Assembly (NCBI RefSeq): GCF_003991155.1
Contig: NZ_CP031293.1
DNA length: 64,000 nucleotides
Origin: Escherichia coli
Lineage (GTDB): Bacteria; Pseudomonadota; Gammaproteobacteria; Enterobacterales; Enterobacteriaceae
Direction: 5' to 3' (one strand)
Positions 28,300 to 44,054 of the stretch are shown here, one piece after another. The notes beneath the pieces are model-generated. The model ran no database searches, was not told the DNA's origin, and saw only the letters and a list, made by a program, of their open reading frames with translations. Position 1 is the first letter of the stretch. Each line of letters starts with the position of its first letter. A program made the position numbers and the translations under genes.

Positions 28300-29787
28300 A
28301 TGCGTAATCCCACGCTGTTACAATGTTTTCACTGGTATTACCCGGAAGGCGGTAAGCTCTGGCCTGAACTGGCCGAGCGCGCCGACGGTTTTAATGATAT
28401 TGGTATCAATATGGTCTGGTTGCCGCCCGCCTATAAAGGCGCATCGGGCGGGTATTCGGTCGGCTACGACTCCTATGATTTATTTGATTTAGGTGAGTTT
28501 GATCAGAAAGGCAGCATCCCTACTAAATATGGCGATAAAGCACAACTGCTGGCCGCCATTGACGCCCTGAAACGTAATGACATTGCGGTGCTGTTGGACG
28601 TGGTAGTCAACCACAAAATGGGGGCGGATGAAAAAGAAGCTATTCGCGTGCAACGTGTAAATGCTGACGATCGTACGCAAATTGACGAAGAAATCATTGA
28701 GTGCGAAGGCTGGACGCGTTACACCTTCCCCGCGCGTGCCGGGCAATACTCGCAGTTTATCTGGGATTTTAAATGTTTTAGCGGTATCGACCATATCGAA
28801 AACCCTGATGAAGATGGCATTTTTAAAATTGTTAACGACTACACCGGCGAAGGCTGGAACGATCAGGTTGATGATGAACTCGGTAATTTCGATTACCTGA
28901 TGGGCGAGAATATCGATTTCCGCAATCATGCCGTGACGGAAGAGATTAAATACTGGGCGCGCTGGGTGATGGAACAAACGCAATGCGACGGCTTTCGTCT
29001 TGATGCGGTCAAACATATTCCGGCATGGTTTTATAAAGAGTGGATCGAACACGTACAGGAAGTTGCGCCAAAGCTGCTGTTTATTGTGGCTGAATACTGG
29101 TCGCATGAAGTCGATAAACTGCAAACGTATATTGATCAGGTGGAAGGCAAAACCATGCTGTTTGATGCGCCGCTGCAGATGAAATTCCATGAAGCATCGC
29201 GCATGGGGCGCGACTACGACATGACGCAGATTTTCACGGGTACATTAGTGGAAGCCGATCCTTTCCACGCCGTAACCCTCGTTGCCAACCACGACACCCA
29301 ACCGTTGCAAGCCCTCGAAGCCCCCGTCGAACCGTGGTTTAAACCGCTGGCGTATGCCTTAATTTTGTTGCGGGAAAATGGCGTTCCTTCGGTGTTCTAT
29401 CCTGACCTCTATGGTGCACATTACGAAGATATCGGCGGTGACGGGCAAACCTATCCGATAGATATGCCAATAATCGAACAGCTTGATGAGTTAATTCTCG
29501 CCCGTCAGCGTTTCGCCCACGGTGTACAGACGTTATTTTTCGACCATCCGAACTGCATTGCCTTTAGCCGCAGTGGCACTGACGAATATCCCGGCTGCGT
29601 GGTGGTCATGTCGAACGGGGATGATGGCGAAAAAACCATTCATCTGGGAGAGAATTACGGCAATAAAACCTGGCGTGATTTTCTGGGGAACCGGCAAGAG
29701 AGCGTAGTAACCGACGAAAACGGCGAAGCGACCTTCTTTTGCAACGGCGGCAGCGTCAGCGTGTGGGTTATCGAAGAGGTGATTTAA
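28300..29787 (+). CDS. amyA: Cytoplasmic alpha-amylase
   Basis: 495-aa glycoside hydrolase family 13 ORF (motifs [15 protein letters not shown]). Confidence 0.95.
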   Translation: MRNPTLLQCFHWYYPEGGKLWPELAERADGFNDIGINMVWLPPAYKGASGGYSVGYDSYDLFDLGEFDQKGSIPTKYGDKAQLLAAIDALKRNDIAVLLDVVVNHKMGADEKEAIRVQRVNADDRTQIDEEIIECEGWTRYTFPARAGQYSQFIWDFKCFSGIDHIENPDEDGIFKIVNDYTGEGWNDQVDDELGNFDYLMGENIDFRNHAVTEEIKYWARWVMEQTQCDGFRLDAVKHIPAWFYKEWIEHVQEVAPKLLFIVAEYWSHEVDKLQTYIDQVEGKTMLFDAPLQMKFHEASRMGRDYDMTQIFTGTLVEADPFHAVTLVANHDTQPLQALEAPVEPWFKPLAYALILLRENGVPSVFYPDLYGAHYEDIGGDGQTYPIDMPIIEQLDELILARQRFAHGVQTLFFDHPNCIAFSRSGTDEYPGCVVVMSNGDDGEKTIHLGENYGNKTWRDFLGNRQESVVTDENGEATFFCNGGSVSVWVIEEVI

Positions 29788-29793
29788 ATTCAT

Positions 29794-29812
29794 CCCCGGC
29801 GGCAAGCCGGGG
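29794..29812. terminator. Probable bidirectional terminator between amyA and yedD
   Basis: Hairpin ccccggc-ggcaa-gccgggg between convergent genes. Confidence 0.5.
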
Positions 29813-29820
29813 AGATTTCA

Positions 29821-30237
29821 TTACGGCAATGGCGTCGGTAACGGCGCTTTATCCAGCGCAGCGGCACACTCTGCCGTCGGGCGATCCACACGCTCCATCG
29901 TCATACCATCGTACTCAATGGTGTTACCGTCACGCTCAACCTCGTACAGCTCACGTTTTACGGTAACGTTAGTGAGATCATCAGACATCAATGTCAACTT
30001 ACCCGGCACAGCAATCACCCGCTGCCACTGACGGCAATCCAGAGTATCGCCCTCTTTAGTGACAATCAGGCTGCCTATCGCTTCCGGACTGACCAGCGCA
30101 CGTTGCGGCCCTTTGGTCTGCCAGTAGCCCGCCAGCCAGTCCGGCGCGGGGGTTTTCACGACATTGTTATAGTTTTCGACTTCGGCACAGCCCGCCAGCA
30201 ACATGAGCGCGCCTGCAATTGCGAGTTTTTTCATCAT
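29821..30237 (-). CDS. yedD: Lipoprotein YedD
   Basis: 138-aa ORF with lipoprotein signal (LLAGC); synteny. Confidence 0.85.
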   Translation of the reverse strand: MMKKLAIAGALMLLAGCAEVENYNNVVKTPAPDWLAGYWQTKGPQRALVSPEAIGSLIVTKEGDTLDCRQWQRVIAVPGKLTLMSDDLTNVTVKRELYEVERDGNTIEYDGMTMERVDRPTAECAAALDKAPLPTPLP

Positions 30238-30420
30238 TCGTCCTGCATGAGAAGAAAAGAGGATTGTGGCATTAAAGCCCTGATGTCGCCAGCCTTTCCA
30301 GGTTCAGAGAGAAATTTGATCTAACCATTATTTTTGTGAATTATTACCCCGAAAATAAATTTGCATGGTGTATGATTCGCGACTCTTGTTTCAAACCTTC
30401 TGAGTTCAGAGGCTACATTC

Positions 30421-31626
30421 ATGTCATGGCAGCAATTCAAACACGCCTGGTTGATCAAATTCTGGGCGCCCATCCCCGCGGTCATCGCGGCGGGTATTCT
30501 CTCCACTTACTACTTTGGCATCACTGGCACCTTTTGGGCTGTCACGGGTGAATTTACCCGTTGGGGCGGTCAGCTCCTGCAGCTGTTCGGCGTCCATGCT
30601 GAAGAGTGGGGTTATTTTAAAATTATCCATCTGGAAGGATCGCCATTAACCCGCATCGACGGCATGATGATCCTCGGTATGTTTGGCGGCTGCTTTGCTG
30701 CAGCGCTGTGGGCCAACAATATCAAACTACGCATGCCGCGCAGCCGTATCCGCATTATGCAGGCCATCATTGGCGGCATTATCGCTGGTTTTGGCGCGCG
30801 TCTGGCAATGGGCTGTAACCTGGCGGCGTTCTTTACCGGTATTCCTCAGTTCTCGCTGCATGCCTGGTTCTTTGCCATCGCCACTGCCATTGGTTCATGG
30901 TTTGGCGCGCGCTTTACCCTGCTGCCCATCTTCCGTATTCCCGTGAAAATGCAGAAAGTTTCTGCCGCCTCACCGCTGACGCAAAAACCGGATCAGGCGC
31001 GGCGTCGTTTTCGTCTCGGGATGCTGGTCTTTTTCGGCATGCTGGGCTGGGCGCTGCTCACGGCGATGAACCAACCAAAACTGGGGCTGGCAATGCTGTT
31101 TGGCGTCGGCTTTGGTTTACTGATTGAACGTGCGCAAATCTGCTTTACTTCGGCGTTCCGCGATATGTGGATCACCGGACGTACCCATATGGCGAAAGCA
31201 ATCATTATCGGTATGGCGGTGAGTGCCATCGGGATCTTCAGTTACGTACAGTTAGGCGTTGAACCCAAAATCATGTGGGCGGGACCAAACGCGGTAATTG
31301 GTGGTTTACTGTTTGGTTTTGGCATCGTGCTGGCAGGCGGCTGCGAAACCGGCTGGATGTACCGCGCGGTAGAAGGCCAGGTGCACTACTGGTGGGTCGG
31401 TCTGGGCAACGTGATCGGCTCAACGATTCTGGCGTATTACTGGGATGATTTCGCTCCGGCGCTGGCCACCGACTGGGACAAAATCAACCTGCTGAAAACC
31501 TTTGGCCCGATGGGTGGCCTGCTGGTGACATATTTGCTGTTGTTTACTGCGCTGATGTTGATTATCGGCTGGGAAAAACGCTTCTTCCGCCGTGCGGCAC
31601 CGCAGACTGCTAAGGAGATCGCATGA
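30421..31626 (+). CDS. yedE: Selenium-metabolism-associated membrane transporter YedE
   Basis: 401-aa polytopic membrane ORF; synteny. Confidence 0.9.
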   Translation: MSWQQFKHAWLIKFWAPIPAVIAAGILSTYYFGITGTFWAVTGEFTRWGGQLLQLFGVHAEEWGYFKIIHLEGSPLTRIDGMMILGMFGGCFAAALWANNIKLRMPRSRIRIMQAIIGGIIAGFGARLAMGCNLAAFFTGIPQFSLHAWFFAIATAIGSWFGARFTLLPIFRIPVKMQKVSAASPLTQKPDQARRRFRLGMLVFFGMLGWALLTAMNQPKLGLAMLFGVGFGLLIERAQICFTSAFRDMWITGRTHMAKAIIIGMAVSAIGIFSYVQLGVEPKIMWAGPNAVIGGLLFGFGIVLAGGCETGWMYRAVEGQVHYWWVGLGNVIGSTILAYYWDDFAPALATDWDKINLLKTFGPMGGLLVTYLLLFTALMLIIGWEKRFFRRAAPQTAKEIA

Positions 31627-31856
31627 AAAATATCGTTCCTGATTACCGCCTTGATATGGTGGGTGAACCCTGCCCTTATCCGGCAGTCGCAACTCTTGAG
31701 GCGATGCCGCAGTTAAAAAAAGGGGAAATCCTGGAAGTGGTGAGCGACTGTCCACAGTCGATCAATAATATTCCACTGGATGCGCGTAATCACGGCTATA
31801 CGGTGCTGGATATTCAGCAAGACGGGCCGACCATTCGTTATTTAATTCAGAAGTAA
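31623..31856 (+). CDS. yedF: TusA-like sulfurtransferase-fold protein YedF
   Basis: 77-aa ORF with CPYP motif; 4-nt overlap with yedE. Confidence 0.9.
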   Translation: MKNIVPDYRLDMVGEPCPYPAVATLEAMPQLKKGEILEVVSDCPQSINNIPLDARNHGYTVLDIQQDGPTIRYLIQK

Positions 31857-31962
31857 TCCCTCATTCCCGCTGTGGCCCACAGCGGGAACATCGTTGCCTC
31901 TGACACATAGATTTTACCCGCCCCCTCTCCTATTCTTTTCAGTATGATCTCAGGAGGTTTCT

Positions 31963-32631
31963 ATGTGTGGACGCTTTGCCCAATCCCAAACGCGTGAAGA
32001 TTACCTTGCGCTTCTCGCGGAAGATATTGAACGCGATATTCCCTACGATCCCGAACCCATTGGCAGATACAACGTCGCGCCGGGAACCAAAGTTCTTCTG
32101 CTCAGTGAACGTGATGAACACCTTCATCTGGATCCGGTTTTCTGGGGATATGCTCCCGGATGGTGGGATAAACCGCCGCTGATTAACGCCCGCGTAGAAA
32201 CTGCGGCCACCAGTCGTATGTTTAAACCGCTCTGGCAACATGGTCGGGCAATCTGTTTTGCCGATGGCTGGTTTGAGTGGAAAAAAGAAGGCGACAAAAA
32301 ACAGCCTTATTTTATCTATCGCGCTGATGGACAACCTGTTTTTATGGCCGCGATAGGTAGCACACCGTTTGAGCGCGGTGACGAAGCCGAAGGATTTTTA
32401 ATTGTCACTGCAGCAGCAGACCAGGGTCTGGTAGATATTCATGACCGCCGCCCGCTGGTTCTGTCGCCAGAAGCTGCACAGGAATGGATGCGGCAAGAGA
32501 TTGGCGGTAAAGAAGCATCAGAAATTGCTACCAACGGCTGTGTGCCAGCAAACCAGTTCACCTGGCACCCGGTATCGCGCGCGGTGGGTAATATCAAAAA
32601 CCAGGGAGCGGAGTTAATTCAACCGGTTTGA
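31963..32631 (+). CDS. yedK: SOS-response-associated peptidase (abasic-site DNA-protein crosslink enzyme)
   Basis: 222-aa ORF starting MCGRFAQ (catalytic Cys2), matching recalled YedK. Confidence 0.9.
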   Translation: MCGRFAQSQTREDYLALLAEDIERDIPYDPEPIGRYNVAPGTKVLLLSERDEHLHLDPVFWGYAPGWWDKPPLINARVETAATSRMFKPLWQHGRAICFADGWFEWKKEGDKKQPYFIYRADGQPVFMAAIGSTPFERGDEAEGFLIVTAAADQGLVDIHDRRPLVLSPEAAQEWMRQEIGGKEASEIATNGCVPANQFTWHPVSRAVGNIKNQGAELIQPV

Positions 32632-33035
32632 TAAGCCAGGAGACTATTGATCAATAATACTGCGTCATAAGAAATCTCTATTAGACAAAGTAGACGCTCC
32701 TTCCACATGCGCCACAAGAAACCTCTATTCCAGTGACACAATTACGCCTGATTATTTCCCTAGCCCGGAATATGAATAAAAACATCAACAAAGATTAAAT
32801 TATTCAAACGTTACTGTTGCGTCTGCGGTCGTAACAACAACCGACCTGGTGATGCGTGTTAAAGGAGACACTCTGATGTTCAGGGGGGTTATCACGTATA
32901 CGGATCGTGGATGGCAGAAAACAATCAGGATCAGGTATCCATTTTAAACCAGAAATTGAGTGAGTTTGCCCCATCCATGCCCCACGCTGTGGGATCGGAT
33001 GTAATTAAACAAGCATAGTCAACAGGTTACAAAAC

Positions 33036-33350
33036 CTACACCTGCATGGACATCACTTCCTGATACGCCGCCACCAGCTTATTACGCACCTGAATCCCCA
33101 TTTGCATTGAAACTGAGGCTTTTTGCATATCGGTCATCACATCGTTTAACGCCACGCCGGGTTCACCGAGGGTGAATTTTTCTGCCTGCGTGCGGGCGGC
33201 TGTTTGTGTATCGCTTATGCGATCGAGCGCGGCGTGCAGCTGCCCGGCAAAACTAATGGTCGGTTGTGGCAGTGATTCCTGCGCACGCGCACTCATCGCC
33301 GTAGCCTGTAACTGGCTGATAACCCCTTCAATCCCCTGTATCGCTGACAT
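33036..33350 (-). CDS. fliE: Flagellar hook-basal body protein FliE
   Basis: Start at [10 protein letters not shown] (104 aa); divergent from fliF. Confidence 0.95.
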   Translation of the reverse strand: MSAIQGIEGVISQLQATAMSARAQESLPQPTISFAGQLHAALDRISDTQTAARTQAEKFTLGEPGVALNDVMTDMQKASVSMQMGIQVRNKLVAAYQEVMSMQV

Positions 33351-33564
33351 TTTCGTCTCCCGAATAATTTCTGGTAGCAAAGCCTACCAGTAAGTCAATA
33401 AGACAAAGGCGCTAAATAGCAACAAAAAAACGGGTTTATTGGCGGATAGAAAAAAACGAAAGCACAAATAATGGCAGCGTCAATTTTTCGAGTTTGCTGA
33501 CCCGGGAGTGAGTCTTGTTCCACTTTGCCAATAACGCCGTCCATAATCAGCCACGAGGTGCGCG

Positions 33565-36889
<3,325 letters not shown>

Positions 36890-36890
<1 letters not shown>

Positions 36891-38263
36891 TGACCACGCG
36901 CCTGACTCGCTGGCTAACCACGCTGGATAACTTCGAAGCTAAAATGGCGCAGTTGCCTGCGGTACGTCGCTACGGGCGATTAACCCGCGCTACCGGGCTG
37001 GTGCTGGAAGCCACCGGATTACAATTGCCGCTCGGCGCAACCTGTGTGATTGAGCGCCAGAACGGCAGCGAAACTCACGAAGTAGAAAGCGAAGTCGTTG
37101 GCTTTAACGGTCAACGGCTGTTTTTAATGCCGCTGGAGGAAGTCGAAGGTGTCCTGCCCGGCGCGCGTGTTTATGCCAAAAACATTTCGGCAGAAGGGCT
37201 GCAAAGCGGCAAGCAGTTGCCGCTCGGTCCGGCGTTATTAGGTCGCGTTCTGGACGGCAGCGGTAAACCGCTTGATGGCCTCCCCTCCCCCGATACGACG
37301 GAAACCGGTGCGCTGATTACCCCGCCATTTAACCCATTGCAACGTACACCGATTGAACATGTGCTGGACACCGGCGTGCGCCCAATCAATGCCCTGCTTA
37401 CCGTCGGGCGCGGGCAGCGTATGGGGCTGTTTGCCGGGTCCGGAGTTGGTAAAAGTGTGCTGCTGGGGATGATGGCCCGTTACACCCGCGCCGATGTCAT
37501 TGTCGTGGGTTTGATTGGTGAACGAGGGCGCGAAGTAAAAGATTTTATTGAGAATATCCTCGGTGCCGAAGGACGTGCACGCTCCGTGGTGATTGCCGCT
37601 CCAGCGGATGTTTCTCCGCTCCTGCGAATGCAGGGTGCCGCCTATGCCACGCGCATTGCCGAAGATTTTCGCGATCGTGGTCAGCATGTGTTGCTGATTA
37701 TGGACTCCCTCACCCGCTACGCGATGGCCCAGCGTGAAATTGCGCTGGCGATTGGCGAACCACCTGCCACTAAAGGTTATCCACCGTCGGTGTTTGCCAA
37801 ATTACCGGCACTGGTCGAGCGTGCCGGAAATGGCATTAGCGGCGGCGGCTCGATTACCGCGTTTTATACCGTGCTCACCGAAGGCGATGACCAGCAGGAC
37901 CCCATTGCCGACTCCGCGCGGGCAATCCTCGACGGTCACATTGTGCTGTCTCGCCGACTGGCGGAAGCCGGGCACTATCCGGCTATCGATATTGAAGCGT
38001 CGATCAGCCGCGCAATGACGGCGTTGATCAGCGAGCAACATTATGCGCGAGTGCGCACCTTCAAACAGCTGTTGTCGAGTTTTCAGCGTAACCGCGATCT
38101 GGTTAGCGTCGGTGCGTATGCCAAAGGCAGCGATCCAATGCTCGATAAAGCCATCGCCCTGTGGCCGCAGCTGGAGGGCTATTTGCAACAAGGCATTTTT
38201 GAACGCGCGGACTGGGAAGCGTCTCTCCAGGGGCTGGAGCGTATTTTCCCGACAGTGTCATAA
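36890..38263 (+). CDS. fliI: Flagellum-specific ATPase
   Basis: 457-aa ORF with Walker A GSGVGKS. Confidence 0.95.
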
Positions 38264-38281
38264 CCCAGGAGATAACGGCAG

Positions 38282-38725
38282 ATGGCAGAACATGGTGCGC
38301 TGGCGACCCTGAAAGATCTGGCAGAAAAAGAGGTAGAGGATGCCGCGCGCCTGCTGGGTGAAATGCGTCGCGGATGTCAGCAGGCGGAAGAACAGCTCAA
38401 AATGCTGATCGATTATCAGAATGAATATCGCAATAACCTCAATAGCGATATGAGTGCCGGGATGACCAGCAACCGCTGGATCAACTATCAGCAGTTTATC
38501 CAGACGCTGGAAAAAGCCATTACTCAGCATCGCCAGCAACTTAATCAGTGGACGCAGAAAGTTGACATTGCCCTGAACAGCTGGCGAGAAAAGAAACAAC
38601 GTTTGCAGGCCTGGCAGACACTGCAGGAACGGCAATCCACGGCGGCACTGCTTGCAGAAAACCGCCTCGATCAGAAAAAGATGGATGAGTTCGCCCAGCG
38701 CGCCGCCATGAGGAAACCTGAATGA
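38282..38725 (+). CDS. fliJ: Flagellar export protein FliJ
   Basis: 147-aa coiled-coil ORF; synteny. Confidence 0.95.
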   Translation: MAEHGALATLKDLAEKEVEDAARLLGEMRRGCQQAEEQLKMLIDYQNEYRNNLNSDMSAGMTSNRWINYQQFIQTLEKAITQHRQQLNQWTQKVDIALNSWREKKQRLQAWQTLQERQSTAALLAENRLDQKKMDEFAQRAAMRKPE

Positions 38726-39849
38726 TTCGCATAGCGCCCTTGATTACCGCTGACGTTGATAACGCCACATTGCCTGGCGGCAAAGCCAGCGATGCTGCAC
38801 AAGATTTTCTCGCGTTGTTGAGCGAAGCATTAACAGGTGAGGCAACAACCGACAAAGCGACTCCCCAGTTGCTGGTGGCAACAGATAAGCCCACGGCAAA
38901 AGGCGAGCCGCTGGTCAGCGATATTCTTTCAGACGCGCAACAAGCAGATTTACTGATCCCTGTGGATGAAACACCGCCTGTCATCAACGACGAACAATCC
39001 ACATTAACACCGTTAACCACCGCTCAGACGATAACGTTGGCTGCGGCGGCTGACAACAATACGGCAAAAGACGAAAAAGCGGATGATCTGAATGAAGACG
39101 TCACCGCAAGCCTGAGTGCCCTTTTTGCGATGTTGCCGGGTTTTGACAATACGCCCAAAGTGACTGATGCACCGTCAACCGTGTTACCGACAGAGAAACC
39201 AACGCTTTTCACAAAACTGACTTCTGCGCAACTCACTACAGCACAGCCTGATGACGGCCCCGGCACGCCAGCTCAGCCATTAACACCGCTGGTAGCAGAA
39301 GCCCAGAGTAAAGCGGAAGTCATCAGCACGCCTTCGTCGGTGACCGCTGCCGCCAGCCCGCTAATCACTCCACACCAGACACAGCCACTGCCCACCGTCG
39401 CCGCGCCTGTTTTGAGTGCACCGCTGGGTTCTCACGAATGGCAACAATCATTAAGCCAGCATATTTCGCTGTTCACCCGCCAGGGGCAACAAAGTGCAGA
39501 GTTGCGTCTGCACCCACAGGATTTAGGTGAAGTGCAAATTTCCCTCAAAGTGGATGATAACCAGGCGCAAATCCAGATGGTTTCACCGCATCAGCACGTA
39601 CGCGCCGCCCTGGAAGCAGCGCTGCCGGTACTGCGTACGCAGCTGGCCGAAAGTGGCATTCAGTTAGGGCAAAGCAACATCAGTGGCGAAAGCTTTAGTG
39701 GTCAGCAGCAGGCCGCTTCCCAACAACAGCAAAGCCAACGCACAGCAAACCATGAACCTCTGGCGGGGGAAGACGACGATACGCTTCCGGTTCCCGTCTC
39801 TTTACAAGGGCGTGTAACAGGCAACAGCGGCGTTGATATTTTCGCCTAA
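38722..39849 (+). CDS. fliK: Flagellar hook-length control protein
   Basis: 375-aa Pro/Thr/Ala-rich ORF; overlaps the fliJ stop. Confidence 0.95.
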   Translation: MIRIAPLITADVDNATLPGGKASDAAQDFLALLSEALTGEATTDKATPQLLVATDKPTAKGEPLVSDILSDAQQADLLIPVDETPPVINDEQSTLTPLTTAQTITLAAAADNNTAKDEKADDLNEDVTASLSALFAMLPGFDNTPKVTDAPSTVLPTEKPTLFTKLTSAQLTTAQPDDGPGTPAQPLTPLVAEAQSKAEVISTPSSVTAAASPLITPHQTQPLPTVAAPVLSAPLGSHEWQQSLSQHISLFTRQGQQSAELRLHPQDLGEVQISLKVDDNQAQIQMVSPHQHVRAALEAALPVLRTQLAESGIQLGQSNISGESFSGQQQAASQQQQSQRTANHEPLAGEDDDTLPVPVSLQGRVTGNSGVDIFA

Positions 39850-39953
39850 CGTCAGAGGTAGCACCGTAATCCGCGTCTTTTCCCCGCTTTGTTGCGCTCA
39901 AGACGCAGGATAATTAGCCGATAAGCAGTAGCGATACAGGAAGACCGCAACAC

Positions 39954-40418
39954 ATGACTGATTACGCGATAAGCAAGAAAAGCAAGCGATCGCTTTGGAT
40001 CCCGATTCTGGTATTCATTACCCTCGCGGCCTGTGCCAGCGCAGGTTACAGCTACTGGCATTCGCATCAGGTTGCCGCTGAAGACAAAGCGCAGCAACGC
40101 GTCGTGCCCTCCCCGGTCTTCTATGCGCTGGATACCTTTACAGTCAATCTGGGCGATGCGGATCGCGTGCTTTATATCGGCATAACCCTGCGACTGAAAG
40201 ATGAAGCTACCCGCTCGCGGCTGAGTGAGTATTTGCCGGAAGTCCGTAGCCGTTTGCTGTTACTGTTTTCGCGTCAGGATGCTGCCGTACTGGCGACAGA
40301 AGAAGGCAAGAAAAACCTGATTGCCGAGATTAAAACCACACTTTCCACCCCGCTTGTTGCCGGGCAACCGAAACAGGATGTCACCGACGTGCTGTATACC
40401 GCTTTTATTCTGCGATAA
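39954..40418 (+). CDS. fliL: Flagellar basal-body-associated protein FliL
   Basis: 154-aa ORF with a single N-terminal transmembrane segment. Confidence 0.95.
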   Translation: MTDYAISKKSKRSLWIPILVFITLAACASAGYSYWHSHQVAAEDKAQQRVVPSPVFYALDTFTVNLGDADRVLYIGITLRLKDEATRSRLSEYLPEVRSRLLLLFSRQDAAVLATEEGKKNLIAEIKTTLSTPLVAGQPKQDVTDVLYTAFILR

Positions 40419-40422
40419 CGAC

Positions 40423-41427
40423 ATGGGCGATAGTATTCTTTCTCAAGCTGAAATTGATGCGCTGTTGAATGGTGACAGCGAAGTCAAAGACGAACCGACG
40501 GCCAGTGTTAGCGGCGATAGTGACATTCGTCCGTACGATCCGAATACCCAACGACGGGTTGTGCGCGAACGTTTGCAGGCGCTGGAAATCATTAATGAGC
40601 GCTTTGCCCGCCATTTTCGTATGGGGCTGTTCAACCTGCTGCGCCGTAGCCCGGATATTACCGTCGGGGCCATCCGCATTCAGCCGTACCATGAATTTGC
40701 CCGCAACCTGCCGGTGCCGACCAACCTGAACCTTATCCATCTGAAACCGCTGCGCGGCACAGGGCTGGTGGTGTTCTCACCGAGTCTGGTGTTTATCGCT
40801 GTGGATAACCTGTTTGGCGGCGATGGACGCTTCCCGACCAAAGTGGAAGGCCGCGAGTTTACCCATACAGAACAGCGCGTCATCAATCGCATGTTAAAGC
40901 TGGCGCTTGAAGGCTATAGCGACGCCTGGAAGGCGATTAATCCGCTGGAAGTTGAGTACGTGCGTTCGGAAATGCAGGTGAAATTTACCAATATCACCAC
41001 CTCGCCGAACGACATTGTGGTTAACACGCCGTTCCATGTGGAGATTGGCAACCTGACCGGCGAATTTAATATCTGCCTGCCATTCAGCATGATCGAGCCG
41101 CTACGGGAATTGTTGGTTAACCCGCCGCTGGAAAACTCGCGTAATGAAGATCAGAACTGGCGCGATAACCTGGTGCGCCAGGTGCAGCATTCACAGCTGG
41201 AACTGGTGGCCAACTTTGCCGATATCTCGCTACGCCTGTCGCAGATTTTAAAACTGAAACCCGGCGACGTCCTGCCGATAGAAAAACCCGATCGCATCAT
41301 CGCCCATGTTGACGGCGTCCCGGTGCTGACCAGTCAGTACGGCACCCTCAACGGTCAGTATGCGTTACGGATAGAACATTTGATTAACCCGATTTTAAAT
41401 TCTCTGAACGAGGAACAGCCCAAATGA
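40423..41427 (+). CDS. fliM: Flagellar motor switch protein FliM
   Basis: Start at MGDSILSQAEIDALL (334 aa). Confidence 0.95.
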   Translation: MGDSILSQAEIDALLNGDSEVKDEPTASVSGDSDIRPYDPNTQRRVVRERLQALEIINERFARHFRMGLFNLLRRSPDITVGAIRIQPYHEFARNLPVPTNLNLIHLKPLRGTGLVVFSPSLVFIAVDNLFGGDGRFPTKVEGREFTHTEQRVINRMLKLALEGYSDAWKAINPLEVEYVRSEMQVKFTNITTSPNDIVVNTPFHVEIGNLTGEFNICLPFSMIEPLRELLVNPPLENSRNEDQNWRDNLVRQVQHSQLELVANFADISLRLSQILKLKPGDVLPIEKPDRIIAHVDGVPVLTSQYGTLNGQYALRIEHLINPILNSLNEEQPK

Positions 41428-41837
41428 GTGACATGAATAATCCGGCCGATGACAACAACGGCGCAATGGACGATCTGTGGGCTGAAGCGTTGAGCGAGCA
41501 AAAATCAACCAGCAGCAAAAGCGCTGCCGACGCGGTGTTCCAGCAATTTGGCGGTGGTGATGTCAGCGGAACGTTGCAGGATATCGACCTGATTATGGAT
41601 ATTCCGGTCAAGCTGACCGTCGAGCTGGGCCGCACACGAATGACCATCAAAGAGTTATTGCGTCTGACGCAAGGGTCCGTCGTGGCGCTGGACGGTCTGG
41701 CGGGCGAACCGCTGGATATTCTGATCAACGGTTATTTAATTGCTCAGGGCGAAGTTGTCGTAGTCGCTGATAAATATGGCGTGCGGATCACCGATATCAT
41801 TACTCCGTCTGAGCGGATGCGTCGCCTGAGCCGTTAG
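41424..41837 (+). CDS. fliN: Flagellar motor switch protein FliN
   Basis: 137-aa ORF; overlaps the fliM stop. Confidence 0.95.
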   Translation: MSDMNNPADDNNGAMDDLWAEALSEQKSTSSKSAADAVFQQFGGGDVSGTLQDIDLIMDIPVKLTVELGRTRMTIKELLRLTQGSVVALDGLAGEPLDILINGYLIAQGEVVVVADKYGVRITDIITPSERMRRLSR

Positions 41838-41839
41838 TG

Positions 41840-42205
41840 ATGAATAACCACGCTACTGTGCAATCTTCCGCGCCGGTATCTGCTGCGCCACTGCTGCAGG
41901 TGAGCGGCGCACTCATCGCCATTATTGCCCTGATCCTCGCTGCTGCCTGGCTGGTAAAACGGCTGGGATTTGCCCCGAAACGCACTGGCGTTAACGGTCT
42001 GAAAATTAGCGCCAGTGCTTCACTGGGCGCGCGTGAACGGGTTGTGGTTGTCGATGTGGAAGATGCACGGCTGGTGCTCGGCGTTACCGCAGGGCAAATC
42101 AATCTGCTGCATAAACTTCCCCCTTCAGCACCAACGGAAGAGATACCGCAGACCGATTTTCAGTCGGTTATGAAAAACTTGCTTAAGCGTAGCGGGAGAT
42201 CCTGA
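41840..42205 (+). CDS. fliO: Flagellar biosynthesis protein FliO
   Basis: About 121 aa; start codon ambiguous (GTG at 41837 or ATG at 41840). Confidence 0.9.
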   Translation: MNNHATVQSSAPVSAAPLLQVSGALIAIIALILAAAWLVKRLGFAPKRTGVNGLKISASASLGARERVVVVDVEDARLVLGVTAGQINLLHKLPPSAPTEEIPQTDFQSVMKNLLKRSGRS

Positions 42206-42942
42206 TGCGTCGTTTGTTGTCTGTCGCACCTGTCCTTCTCTGGCTGGTTACGCCCCTCGCCTTCGCGCAACTGCCGGGTATCACCAGCCAGCCGCTGCCT
42301 GGCGGTGGACAAAGCTGGTCGCTCCCGGTGCAGACGCTGGTGTTCATCACCTCGTTGACGTTTATTCCGGCAATTTTACTGATGATGACCAGTTTCACCC
42401 GCATCATCATTGTTTTTGGTTTATTGCGTAACGCGTTGGGAACACCCTCCGCGCCACCTAACCAGGTATTGCTGGGACTGGCGCTGTTTTTGACCTTTTT
42501 TATTATGTCGCCGGTGATCGATAAAATTTATGTCGATGCGTACCAGCCATTCAGCGAAGAGAAAATCTCAATGCAGGAGGCGCTGGAAAAAGGGGCGCAG
42601 CCGCTGCGTGAGTTTATGCTGCGTCAGACCCGTGAGGCGGATTTAGGGTTGTTTGCCAGACTGGCGAATACTGGCCCGTTGCAGGGACCTGAAGCTGTGC
42701 CGATGCGCATTTTGCTCCCGGCCTACGTGACCAGCGAGTTGAAAACCGCATTTCAGATAGGCTTCACGATTTTCATTCCTTTTTTGATTATCGACCTGGT
42801 GATTGCCAGCGTGTTGATGGCATTGGGGATGATGATGGTTCCCCCAGCCACCATTGCTCTGCCCTTTAAACTGATGCTGTTTGTACTGGTGGATGGCTGG
42901 CAATTGCTGGTCGGTTCGCTGGCGCAGAGCTTTTACAGCTAG
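42205..42942 (+). CDS. fliP: Flagellar export apparatus protein FliP
   Basis: 245-aa ORF with signal peptide and membrane segments. Confidence 0.95.
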   Translation: MRRLLSVAPVLLWLVTPLAFAQLPGITSQPLPGGGQSWSLPVQTLVFITSLTFIPAILLMMTSFTRIIIVFGLLRNALGTPSAPPNQVLLGLALFLTFFIMSPVIDKIYVDAYQPFSEEKISMQEALEKGAQPLREFMLRQTREADLGLFARLANTGPLQGPEAVPMRILLPAYVTSELKTAFQIGFTIFIPFLIIDLVIASVLMALGMMMVPPATIALPFKLMLFVLVDGWQLLVGSLAQSFYS

Positions 42943-42951
42943 AGAGGCAAA

Positions 42952-43221
42952 ATGACACCTGAATCGGTCATGATGATGGGGACTGAAGCGATGAAAGTCG
43001 CGCTGGCACTGGCTGCCCCACTGTTGCTGGTGGCGCTGGTCACGGGTCTTATCATCAGTATTTTGCAGGCCGCCACCCAGATTAACGAAATGACGCTGTC
43101 GTTTATTCCGAAAATCATCGCCGTATTTATCGCCATTATTATTGCCGGACCGTGGATGCTCAATCTGTTGCTGGATTACGTCCGCACCTTGTTCACTAAC
43201 CTGCCGTATATCATCGGGTAG
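42952..43221 (+). CDS. fliQ: Flagellar export apparatus protein FliQ
   Basis: 89-aa membrane ORF. Confidence 0.95.
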   Translation: MTPESVMMMGTEAMKVALALAAPLLLVALVTGLIISILQAATQINEMTLSFIPKIIAVFIAIIIAGPWMLNLLLDYVRTLFTNLPYIIG

Positions 43222-43229
43222 GCCGTACA

Positions 43230-44015
43230 ATGATGCAGGTAACAAGCGATCAATGGCTTTCCTGGTTAAGCCTGTACTTCTGGCCGTTACTGCGCGTGCT
43301 GGCGCTCATTTCTACCGCACCAATTCTGAGCGAACGCAGCGTGCCGAAACGGGTAAAACTGGGTCTGGCAATGATGATCACGTTCGCTATTGCCCCATCA
43401 TTACCTGCCAACGATGTTCCTGTTTTTTCGTTCTTTGCTCTGTGGCTGGCCGTGCAGCAGATCCTGATCGGCATTGCGCTTGGTTTTACCATGCAATTTG
43501 CCTTTGCCGCTGTGCGAACCGCTGGTGAAATTATCGGTCTGCAAATGGGGCTGTCATTTGCGACGTTTGTCGATCCGGCCAGCCATCTCAATATGCCCGT
43601 TTTAGCGCGTATCATGGATATGCTGGCGTTACTGCTGTTCCTGACATTTAACGGTCATTTATGGTTGATTTCACTGCTGGTCGATACCTTTCACACCCTG
43701 CCAATTGGTGGCGAACCGTTGAACAGCAATGCGTTTCTGGCACTCACCAAAGCAGGGAGTTTGATTTTCCTTAACGGGCTGATGCTGGCATTACCGCTCA
43801 TTACTCTGCTGCTGACCCTGAATCTGGCATTAGGCTTACTTAATCGTATGGCCCCGCAATTATCCATTTTTGTTATTGGATTTCCATTAACTCTGACTGT
43901 CGGTATCTCTTTAATGGCGGCATTAATGCCGTTAATTGCGCCTTTTTGCGAACATTTATTCAGTGAGATGTTTAATTTGCTGGCTGATATTATTAGTGAA
44001 TTGCCATTAATATAA
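43230..44015 (+). CDS. fliR: Flagellar export apparatus protein FliR
   Basis: 261-aa membrane ORF. Confidence 0.95.
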   Translation: MMQVTSDQWLSWLSLYFWPLLRVLALISTAPILSERSVPKRVKLGLAMMITFAIAPSLPANDVPVFSFFALWLAVQQILIGIALGFTMQFAFAAVRTAGEIIGLQMGLSFATFVDPASHLNMPVLARIMDMLALLLFLTFNGHLWLISLLVDTFHTLPIGGEPLNSNAFLALTKAGSLIFLNGLMLALPLITLLLTLNLALGLLNRMAPQLSIFVIGFPLTLTVGISLMAALMPLIAPFCEHLFSEMFNLLADIISELPLI

Positions 44016-44040
44016 TTCCGTAACGTTTATCATGTTATCC

Positions 44041-44054
44041 TAAGGATTATCCGA
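44041..44054 (+). promoter_or_regulatory. Candidate RcsAB box upstream of rcsA
   Basis: TAAGGATTATCCGA resembles the recalled RcsAB box consensus TaAGaatatTCctA; position relative to the rcsA promoter was not verified. Confidence 0.4.
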
